Notes under the pieces: generated by a model
Database searches by the model: none
What the model saw: the letters and a program-made list of their open reading frames with translations, nothing else
What the model was told of the DNA's origin: nothing
IMG/VR virus record: IMGVR_UViG_3300017754_003785
Location: 1 to 44,649 of that record
Length of the DNA stretch: 44,649 bases
DNA from: a virus
Lineage: Duplodnaviria > Caudoviricetes
Strand: one strand, 5' to 3'
In this document: in pieces, positions 17,167 through 24,323 of the stretch
How the letters are laid out: each line of letters starts with the position of its first letter
Numbering within the stretch: the stretch's first letter is position 1
Position numbers and translations under genes: made by a program

Positions 17167-18138
17167 ATGACGAACCAACAGCAGATGCCGACCGAGAAAG
17201 TGATCGAGCGTATCAAGAAGCTCCTCGCCCTCGCCGATAAGAACAAGAACTCGTCGGCCGCCGAAGCCGAGAGCGCTGCGGCGAAGGTACAGGAACTCCT
17301 TCAGGACTACGGCCTGTCGCTCGCGCAGGTCACGGCTTCGGAGCGGAACGCCGACGCGATGACCGACCGCGAGAAGGCCGAGACGGATCGGCGCGCGATG
17401 TACAAGTGGCAGCGCGAGCTTATGGCCGCTCTCGCGAAGGGGAACTTCTGCATCCACTTCGTGCAGGAGAAGCTCGTCGAGCGGACGCTCAAGAGCCGCC
17501 GACATCTCGGGCTCAAGAAGTCGACCTTCCACGTTCTGATCGGGCGGACGATCAACATCCAAGGAACGATTGCCCTTTACGACTATCTCGTCAAGTCGAT
17601 TGGGCGCGAGGCCGCGCGTCACGGATACGACCACGGGACCTCCGACAACGCGCTCTTCTTTGACGGCGCGGTCTCGCGTCTCTCTGAACGTCTTTTCGCC
17701 CAGCGCGCGAAGCGGGAGCGCGAAGAAGCCGAAGCGGAGGCCGCTCGTCGGAAGGCGACCGCCGCGACGGGTAGCGCTACTCCCGGCACGGGCCTTGTCC
17801 TCCTCTCGGATGTCTACGGCTCGGAAGAAGACCTCAACGCCGATCTTCGCTATGGCCTCCCGGCCGGAACGACGGCGGCCCGGAGGAAAGGCCGCGAGGC
17901 GTCTGAGCGCGAGCGTCGCCTCGTCGCTGAACGCCTCGAAAGCGAAGGCGTCGATTGGGTCGAAGCGTTCTATCGGAGCCACGGCTATAGCGAAGAGGAC
18001 GCGAAGAAGGCCGCTCGCGAATACTACAAGAAGAACGCTCGCGAGAACGCGAAGAACGCGAAGAAGGGAGAAGCGTTCAGCGTCGGACGGGTTGCCGGCG
18101 ACAAGATCGGCCTCGACCTCCAAGTCGAGAAGAAGTGA
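17167..18138 (+). CDS. DUF2786 domain-containing protein
   Basis: IERIKKLLALA...EAESAAAKVQELLQDYGLS N-terminal motif. Confidence 0.75.
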   Translation: MTNQQQMPTEKVIERIKKLLALADKNKNSSAAEAESAAAKVQELLQDYGLSLAQVTASERNADAMTDREKAETDRRAMYKWQRELMAALAKGNFCIHFVQEKLVERTLKSRRHLGLKKSTFHVLIGRTINIQGTIALYDYLVKSIGREAARHGYDHGTSDNALFFDGAVSRLSERLFAQRAKREREEAEAEAARRKATAATGSATPGTGLVLLSDVYGSEEDLNADLRYGLPAGTTAARRKGREASERERRLVAERLESEGVDWVEAFYRSHGYSEEDAKKAAREYYKKNARENAKNAKKGEAFSVGRVAGDKIGLDLQVEKK

Positions 18139-18199
18139 GGAAGCTCTAACGGTGAGAGCCCCGACGATCCGGGGCTCGATCCGCCAGCGCTTCCGCTGG
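18138..18199 (+). ncRNA. Intergenic pseudoknot RNA motif, copy 8
   Basis: Hairpin GAGCCCCG ACGATC CGGGGCTC. Confidence 0.8.
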
Positions 18200-18218
18200 A
18201 ATAGAAAGGACGTAGTCA

Positions 18219-18467
18219 ATGGCCATCCAGTTGTACGATCTGTCGGTCGCCCCGAAGATCGATAAGAACGACCTCTCGTTTGTGATGCGCGCTCCGCTGC
18301 CGGTGATCGCGCGCTACCTTCGCTTACACATCGACGCGGTTCGTCGCATCGAACGGGAGACGGAGAACACGACACTCCCCTGCGTCCTCTACGGCCCGAG
18401 CGGGACGGACGAAGTACACGTCGTCTGGCGGCCGATCTATTCGCTTTCGACCACCGCCGTTCGATAG
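18219..18467 (+). CDS. Hypothetical protein
   Basis: AAGGA SD after copy 8. Confidence 0.65.
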   Translation: MAIQLYDLSVAPKIDKNDLSFVMRAPLPVIARYLRLHIDAVRRIERETENTTLPCVLYGPSGTDEVHVVWRPIYSLSTTAVR

Positions 18468-18479
18468 GAGGACACGATT

Positions 18480-19106
18480 ATGGGAAAGCGTTTTTCGTTC
18501 GACATCGCCAAGGCGATCCCCGCCGCGTGGGACTTCCTCTGGGCCGATAACCTTAAGGATCGCGCGAAGCAGGAGAAGGACCACCCGGATGGCGACTTCG
18601 GAAAGTACGGTCGCCGCTGGTACACGCGGACGTTCTATCTCTGCGCCGCCGACATCGTTCGGCAGGTTCGCTCCTTCGCTTACGAGACCTCGCACGGCCT
18701 TGAGTGGGGGACCAACGGCGTGCGCGGCCCCGACTACGGCATCCGGATTTCCGGCGACCTCGAAAGTGCCGTCAGAGATTGGCTCCTTCGGACGAAGGAC
18801 GGTCATAACTTCAGTCGCGGCCATATCTCCGGTATGCGCTTCCGACCGAAGGGAGCGCCGCTCGGGCCTTCGGAGGAGGATACGATAGAGAAGAAGGCGA
18901 AGCCGAAGCGGCCAGCGCCGATCCACTTCAGCCGTAGTGGTTTCGGTCGTCCGCTCTGCACGGCAGTATCGAGCGGGAACCGGTTCTCGTTCCGGCAGTC
19001 GAAGGCGCGCGTCCGGTCTAAGTGGGAGGAGGTCAACTGCAAGCGGTGTCTCGGGCTCAAGGCTCACGCCCTCGCTCAGCCTCGCGCTAACGAAAAAGCT
19101 CTCTAG
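18480..19106 (+). CDS. Hypothetical protein (C-terminal H/C metal-binding motif)
   Basis: AGGAGG SD; H...LC...VNCKRC. Confidence 0.7.
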   Translation: MGKRFSFDIAKAIPAAWDFLWADNLKDRAKQEKDHPDGDFGKYGRRWYTRTFYLCAADIVRQVRSFAYETSHGLEWGTNGVRGPDYGIRISGDLESAVRDWLLRTKDGHNFSRGHISGMRFRPKGAPLGPSEEDTIEKKAKPKRPAPIHFSRSGFGRPLCTAVSSGNRFSFRQSKARVRSKWEEVNCKRCLGLKAHALAQPRANEKAL

Positions 19107-19166
19107 GAAGCTCTAACGGTGAGAGCGGCGCTTCGGTGCCGCTCGATCCGCCAGCGCTTCCGCTGG
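19105..19166 (+). ncRNA. Intergenic pseudoknot RNA motif, copy 9
   Basis: Hairpin identical to that of copy 4. Confidence 0.8.
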
Positions 19167-19182
19167 TATAGGAGAGAACTCG

Positions 19183-19593
19183 ATGACGAAATTCAAGATA
19201 GGCGATAAGGTCCGCGTCAAGCTCGCTGGCGGGAAAGGCGTCGGAGAAACGCTCTGGGAAATCGTTCGCATCGTTCCCGGACGGAACCAGACGGCGTGTT
19301 ATATACGAGAGGCCGGGACCAATCACGCATCGCAACGGTTCGACACGTCGCTACTCGTTATCGAACCGCCGAGCGATCTTCGGTTGCTCGTCGCGAAGTT
19401 CTTGGCGACGTACTGGGAAGAGGGCGATGGACATCCGCCGCCGGCATTCATTCGTGAAGCCGAGGAAGCGGTCAAAGACCTCACTCCCGAAGAACTCGCG
19501 AAGGCGCAGGTCAGGCGCCATTTCCGAACCACCGAAGAGGTAGAAGGCATCAGCCCGATCTATTATCGCCTCGCGGTCTATACGAAGAACTAG
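19183..19593 (+). CDS. Hypothetical protein (KOW/SH3-like N-terminus)
   Basis: KFKIGDKVRVK start; SD after copy 9. Confidence 0.65.
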   Translation: MTKFKIGDKVRVKLAGGKGVGETLWEIVRIVPGRNQTACYIREAGTNHASQRFDTSLLVIEPPSDLRLLVAKFLATYWEEGDGHPPPAFIREAEEAVKDLTPEELAKAQVRRHFRTTEEVEGISPIYYRLAVYTKN

Positions 19594-19653
19594 AAAGCCC
19601 TAACGGTGAGAGCGGCGCTCCGGCTCCGCTCGATCCGCCAGCGCTTTCGCTGG
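19592..19653 (+). ncRNA. Intergenic pseudoknot RNA motif, copy 10 (compensatory variant)
   Basis: AGAAAGCCCTAACGGTGA-GAGCGG CGCTCCGGCT CCGCTC-GATCCG-CCAGCGCTTTCGCTGG. Confidence 0.8.
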
Positions 19654-19666
19654 AGCAGGAGAAGAG

Positions 19667-19942
19667 ATGAATACCCTACAGAAGAAAGTCGAAAAACTCC
19701 GCAAGCAGATGCGGCTCCGTCCTCTCACGAGTCACGGCGTTCGCTTCGAGATCGGACGGAAGGCGATCCAGCTTCGCGAAGAAAAGCGCGAGGAAGAGGC
19801 TCGGGCTCTTGAGAACCTCCTGACGGACGACGACTACATTCGTCTTCGTCTTCGGAGGAATATGGCCATCCAGATCGCCGACGAGGCGGCCATCCAACTG
19901 ATGACCTCGTTCCCCGAGGCGTACCCGGAAAGGATCGCATAG
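19667..19942 (+). CDS. Hypothetical protein
   Basis: AGGAG SD after copy 10. Confidence 0.65.
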   Translation: MNTLQKKVEKLRKQMRLRPLTSHGVRFEIGRKAIQLREEKREEEARALENLLTDDDYIRLRLRRNMAIQIADEAAIQLMTSFPEAYPERIA

Positions 19943-20012
19943 ATGCGGTGGATCGTCGCCGTCCTCATCGTCCTTCTCGTCTCGTCTTCCTTCACCGATG
20001 GAGAGTCCTCCG

Positions 20013-21101
20013 ATGGTCGCCAAGAAGAAATCGTCATCGACACCTAAGAAGACGGCGGCTCCGGTCGTCGCTTCCGAACCGACTTTGTCCGATACTCCCG
20101 TTGGCCTCAGGGCTTGCGAAGAGTGCGGAGCCCCGGCCGGTTCCTACCATCACCCGGATTGCGTCTGGGTCATACCGAAGTTCCTCCGGTCGAACAGACC
20201 GAAGAAGAGCCCCGAAGAACTGAAGCGTCTGCTCAATACCGAGCGCGAATGGATTATGCCGAAAGCGAAGGAGTTTCAAATGCCTATCGATAAGATCACG
20301 CCGCAGGACCCGATGAAGCCAGTCCAAGTCAATCTCGTTACCGAAGCCGGTACGAGGTCGCAGTTATTCGATAACCTCGAAGCGTTCAACGACTGGTACA
20401 CGCCCGAACTCTACGTCCTTAGCGGGCAGATCGCCGACGCGAGCATCACGATCGTGACCGCCGAGACCATCGAGGTCAGGAAGAAGGCGGCTCCCGAGTC
20501 GGCCGAGGTCCGGAAGAAGGCGGCGCAGGTTGTTCGCGAGCGCGAGAGACAAGCGAAACGAGACGCGAAGGCGAAGAGGAAAGCCGAGCGCGAGGCGAAT
20601 AAGACCGCGCGAGCGAACGGCGAGACGACGCCGCGAGCGAAGAAGGAAGGCGGTGGGATTTCCGGGAGCATCGCCGTGACGGTCGGCGGGAAGTCTTACG
20701 GGACGATCAAGACCGCGCTGAAGGCTCTCGGCATCGCGGACTCCGAACGTAAGGCGCTTCGCGCTCTTCTCATCAAGGATGGGAAGGCGACCCTGAAGGG
20801 ACACGCCTTTACGCTCCGCGACGGTCTCCCGGAGAAGGCCGCCCCGGCTGCTACTCCTCCGGCCGCGACGAAGACGGAGCCGGAGAAGAAGACGCCGCGA
20901 CCGCAGATCGTGACGAACGTCGGCATCAAGAAGGCCGAACCGAAGAAGGCGAGTCCGAAGGCGACACCGAAGAAGGTAGCGGCGAAGAAGGCGAGTCCGA
21001 AGGCGAGCCCGAAGGCGGCCCCAAAGAAGGCCGCTCCGAAGGCCGCTCCGAAGGCCGCTCCGAAGAAGGTAGCGGCGAAGAAGAAGGCGGCCAAGAAGTG
21101 A
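20013..21101 (+). CDS. Basic protein with histone H1-like C-terminal tail
   Basis: PKKAAPKAAPKAAPKK repeats; N-terminal CEEC...HHPDC. Confidence 0.7.
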   Translation: MVAKKKSSSTPKKTAAPVVASEPTLSDTPVGLRACEECGAPAGSYHHPDCVWVIPKFLRSNRPKKSPEELKRLLNTEREWIMPKAKEFQMPIDKITPQDPMKPVQVNLVTEAGTRSQLFDNLEAFNDWYTPELYVLSGQIADASITIVTAETIEVRKKAAPESAEVRKKAAQVVRERERQAKRDAKAKRKAEREANKTARANGETTPRAKKEGGGISGSIAVTVGGKSYGTIKTALKALGIADSERKALRALLIKDGKATLKGHAFTLRDGLPEKAAPAATPPAATKTEPEKKTPRPQIVTNVGIKKAEPKKASPKATPKKVAAKKASPKASPKAAPKKAAPKAAPKAAPKKVAAKKKAAKK

Positions 21102-21361
21102 GCCGCAAGATCATCGGTATCCATAGCCCCACGGTCCCCTATCTCGGTAGGGGATCGAAGCGGCGGATACTCCTAGCCGTTCTCGTCGAAGACGATGGGA
21201 CGAATACTCAGGTTGCCTATCAAGGGATAGTCGACCACGAAGATGGAGAGGAGGTTGGCAGCGCTGCTGTAGCCGTATCGCTCCGGGGCTCGAAACTGAA
21301 GTACGAAGAAGCCCAGCGGCATTGGCCGTCCATCGAACGGAAGAGGTATCAGCACCAATGA
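21098..21361 (+). CDS. Hypothetical protein
   Basis: GTGA overlap. Confidence 0.55.
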   Translation: MSRKIIGIHSPTVPYLGRGSKRRILLAVLVEDDGTNTQVAYQGIVDHEDGEEVGSAAVAVSLRGSKLKYEEAQRHWPSIERKRYQHQ

Positions 21362-21609
21362 ACCTCCGAAGACTTGACCGGCTATCGGTCCCGGCCGTTC
21401 GCTACGAGTTCGTAGTGAGCGGAGCCGGCACGTTCCCTTTCGATATGCTCTCTCACGACCGGGCTTACCCGGCGAATATCGAAGAGGCGTCGAAGCTGAA
21501 CGAATACGGACCAGAGCGCCGATACGTCAAGCTCGTATCGGCGTCTTCGGTCCGCGAGTGGACTCCGCATCAAGCGGGATGGAAGACGTTCGGATGGAGG
21601 GTTGAATGA
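21358..21609 (+). CDS. Hypothetical protein
   Basis: ATGA overlap; GAGTFPFDMLSHDRAYP...WKTFGWRV. Confidence 0.6.
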   Translation: MNLRRLDRLSVPAVRYEFVVSGAGTFPFDMLSHDRAYPANIEEASKLNEYGPERRYVKLVSASSVREWTPHQAGWKTFGWRVE

Positions 21610-21968
21610 ACGACGCTGGCGTCGTCAAGGCGTACCGATCCGAAATCTTCGGCCGGATATACTGGAGGATCGTTCGAACTCCGGTCGGTCCGTATCGGTT
21701 CACTCTCGAAGAGAACGAAGACCGCGTTTGGTCTTCGAAGAAGGAACCGGCTTTCTTCAACGACATCGATATGGCGAAGAAGGAAGTCGAGAAACGGATC
21801 ATCGTCCAAGTCGCTTCGGCTTGTGACGGTATGGAGGTCCATCGAGACCAGTGGGACCTCATTCGCGAGCTTCTATCGGAGAAGCGCATCGCCGATATCG
21901 GATCGCCGCGCGGTCCCGATCAGGCTTGGAAGCGGATCGAACCGCTCCCGAGCGACGAAGAAGGATAA
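21606..21968 (+). CDS. Hypothetical protein
   Basis: ATGA overlap, GGAGG SD. Confidence 0.6.
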   Translation: MNDAGVVKAYRSEIFGRIYWRIVRTPVGPYRFTLEENEDRVWSSKKEPAFFNDIDMAKKEVEKRIIVQVASACDGMEVHRDQWDLIRELLSEKRIADIGSPRGPDQAWKRIEPLPSDEEG

Positions 21969-22032
21969 TCGAAACGCTCCTCCGGGAGCGTCCGCCGGAT
22001 ACGGCCACCCGGCGCTGACGAGATAGGCCATA
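21968..22032 (+). ncRNA. Hammerhead ribozyme, type II
   Basis: ATC-GAAA-CGCTCC TCCG GGAGCG-TC^-CGCCGG ATACGGCCAC CCGGCG-CTGACGA-GAT: complete core, all three stems, GUC triplet (cut after 21992), and a GGCC pseudoknot between loop I and the 3' tail. Confidence 0.9.
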
Positions 22033-22051
22033 GGAAGAGCAGGAGAACGAA

Positions 22052-23185
22052 ATGCAAAAGGGAATTAGCCTCGCCGACTTCGCGCGCAAGATCGAGTTCA
22101 ACCGCGATGCCCGGAAGGATTTCATCGTCGAGACCCGCAAGGGCCTCGCTATGCAGATCGACGACTATGAAGAGCCGCCCATCGGGAACGCGAAGACGCC
22201 GATCAAGAAGCGTCGGCCGGTTCTCGAACTCTACGGGACGCGGGATGCCGAGCGCTTCCCGATGCTCGATCTCGTCCACAACCAGCTCGGAACCTACGTC
22301 GGCATCCCGGCGAAGTATTACGACCGGATGCTGGAGAAGCAGCCCGACCTGTTGGCGATGAACGTCAACTCGTGGCTCAAGCACGACCTCGAACGCGAGG
22401 CCGACAAGCGGATGCTCCGCACCCTCCACGGGAACGCTCGCGGCTTCCTCTCGAACCGCTACAGCCGGATCGATAACCACGAGATCGCCGACGTTGCGCT
22501 TCCGATCCTCGCGGAGCTTCCGAACGTCAAGATCGTTTCGTGCGAGGTCACGGACAAGCGGATGTACATCCAAGCCGTCACGCCCGCTATCGAGGGCGAG
22601 ATCAAGAAGGGTGACGTGGTCCAGGCCGGAGTCCTGATCACGAACTCCGAAGTCGGCTGCGGCTCGGTCTCGGTCTCGTCGGTGATCTGGCGACTGATCT
22701 GCCTCAACGGGATGAAGGGCATGGACCGCTTCCGCGCGAACCACGTCGGCCGGAAGATCGACGACAACGAAGACCTCTGGTCGGACTCGACCCGGAAGCT
22801 CGACGATAAGCTCGTTCTCTCGAAGGTCCGCGACATGGTCAAGTCGGCGGTCGACGAGAACCGCTTCCGGAAGCAGATTGAGCACGCCCAGATGTTGACC
22901 GGCATCAAGGTCGAGAAGGACCCGCAGGCCGCCGTCGTCGTTCTCTCGCAGAAGGTCGGCGTGTCGGACGAAGAGTCGTCCGGCATCCTCAAGTCGCTGA
23001 TCGAAGGCGGTGACCTCTCCGCTTGGGGTCTCCTGAACGCCGTTACGCATCAGGCTCATACGGCGAAGAACTACGACCGCGCGGTCGAGTTCGAGGAAGC
23101 CGGTGGTCAGATGATGAACTGGGGCAAGGCCGACTGGAAGCAGGTCCTCGAAGCGACCGCGCTCGACGTTAAGAAGGCCGCCTGA
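22052..23185 (+). CDS. DUF932 domain-containing protein
   Basis: RGFLSNRYSRIDN, ITNSEVG.GS, RLICLNGM and HVG motifs. Confidence 0.8.
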   Translation: MQKGISLADFARKIEFNRDARKDFIVETRKGLAMQIDDYEEPPIGNAKTPIKKRRPVLELYGTRDAERFPMLDLVHNQLGTYVGIPAKYYDRMLEKQPDLLAMNVNSWLKHDLEREADKRMLRTLHGNARGFLSNRYSRIDNHEIADVALPILAELPNVKIVSCEVTDKRMYIQAVTPAIEGEIKKGDVVQAGVLITNSEVGCGSVSVSSVIWRLICLNGMKGMDRFRANHVGRKIDDNEDLWSDSTRKLDDKLVLSKVRDMVKSAVDENRFRKQIEHAQMLTGIKVEKDPQAAVVVLSQKVGVSDEESSGILKSLIEGGDLSAWGLLNAVTHQAHTAKNYDRAVEFEEAGGQMMNWGKADWKQVLEATALDVKKAA

Positions 23186-23246
23186 TCGTCGAACTCTAGA
23201 AGCGCGGGTGGTCGAGTACCGATCACCCGCAGGGAAAGGAAAGCGT

Positions 23247-23459
23247 ATGAAGTTTCATCCAATCACGGAACTCGTTATCCAATCAGATAAACTCGCGTCG
23301 GCTATCCTCATCGTCGAAAGGAGTCAACCGGAAGGGATACGGAAGGAAGCGCTTCTTCGAGTCCTATATTCCGATGCGACCTCGCTTGGCGAGGAAGTCG
23401 ATAGGCTCCTCGTCCCATACGTCGGCGCGATCCAGCGCGAACGGAAGAACGGAGCCTGA
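23247..23459 (+). CDS. Hypothetical protein
   Basis: AAGGA SD, ATG 23247. Confidence 0.55.
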   Translation: MKFHPITELVIQSDKLASAILIVERSQPEGIRKEALLRVLYSDATSLGEEVDRLLVPYVGAIQRERKNGA

Positions 23460-23462
23460 CCG

Positions 23463-23675
23463 ATGACACAAGAGCGAAACCTGTATCCCGTAACAATTCG
23501 AAAGGCCGATAGCGGCGTGGAGTTGACGACATTCTACTTGCTATCGAAAGAGGATCGCGGCGCGTTCATTCTGAACCTTCCTTCTGTTTTTCGCGTTACG
23601 GAGCAGAACGCTCCTATCGTTGGGCAGTCGGCCGAAGAGGCTATGGCTGACCTGTTCTCGCTGTGGGGGACCTGA
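23463..23675 (+). CDS. Hypothetical protein
   Basis: Tightly packed ORF with GGAG SD. Confidence 0.55.
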   Translation: MTQERNLYPVTIRKADSGVELTTFYLLSKEDRGAFILNLPSVFRVTEQNAPIVGQSAEEAMADLFSLWGT

Positions 23676-23678
23676 CCG

Positions 23679-23897
23679 ATGGCGCAAGACGTTTCTAGAA
23701 TGACGCTCGAACCTCATCGCTCCGGGAGGTTCGAGGAAATCAAAATCGGAGAAGCCTTCTATATGAGGGGCGACTTCTGGGTTAAGACCGGGGCGAACTC
23801 CGGTCACGAACTCGTCGGGCTCTTCGATGTCGATCAGGAGAAGTGCCTCATCGATCCGAAGGCTCGGATCAACACGGTTATCATCGGGAGGAGTTAG
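23679..23897 (+). CDS. Hypothetical protein
   Basis: Tightly packed ORF. Confidence 0.55.
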   Translation: MAQDVSRMTLEPHRSGRFEEIKIGEAFYMRGDFWVKTGANSGHELVGLFDVDQEKCLIDPKARINTVIIGRS

Positions 23898-24323
23898 ATG
23901 ACGCGGATCAACGCCGGCATCCATCCGAAGCGTCTTCATCGAAGACATCTGATAGCGGAGTACCGGGAACTCCCGATGGTTCCCGCCGCGCTTCGGCGTT
24001 CTCTTCGAACGGCTACTCCGGCCGAGGTCGTCGCGCGGATACCGAAGACCTTCACGCTAGGGAAGGGGCACGTCCTCTTCTTCTTCGACAAGCTCCGTTA
24101 TCTCCAGCGGAGGTATGCCGCGCTTCAGCGCGAGATGATCAGGCGCGGATACCAACCGGACGAAAGCCGCGATCCCGGCTTCGGCGGTCGTATCCCGCCA
24201 CGCTTCTTCGGTGACTGGAAGGAGACGGTTTCCGCAGAGGAGATCGTTCGAAAGCGTATCGCCGCGAGGATCGCGGAGAAGCCGCATCTGTATAAGGAGG
24301 GAAGAGTGATATGGAAGACCTAG
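23898..24323 (+). CDS. denV: Pyrimidine-dimer DNA glycosylase / endonuclease V
   Basis: MTRIN, HLIAEYRELP, FTLGKGHVLFF.DKL.YL..RY..L..EM..RG match the T4 DenV pattern. Confidence 0.92.
   Translation: MTRINAGIHPKRLHRRHLIAEYRELPMVPAALRRSLRTATPAEVVARIPKTFTLGKGHVLFFFDKLRYLQRRYAALQREMIRRGYQPDESRDPGFGGRIPPRFFGDWKETVSAEEIVRKRIAARIAEKPHLYKEGRVIWKT

Noticed and set aside
13974-19653. CRISPR array
   Set aside because: The intervals are whole genes with SDs (about 220-990 nt), the variable part is an internal self-paired hairpin, and there are no cas genes in the window.
13974-19653. Integron attC sites
   Set aside because: YYYTAAC near the stop codons loosely recalls the R'' box, but there is no complementary GTTRRRY end, no end-to-end palindrome and no integrase in the window. 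UNCG loops and G-U pairs favour RNA.
13974-19653. Stop-codon readthrough signal making fusion proteins
   Set aside because: Copy 4 joins its flanking ORFs in frame, but copies 3 and 7 meet another stop and copy 9 is out of frame, so frame is not conserved.
13974-19653. Intrinsic terminators or sigma70 promoters
   Set aside because: No U-tract follows the 3' hairpin (a purine-rich SD does), and there are no recognisable -35/-10 boxes. A phage-specific DNA site is not formally excluded.
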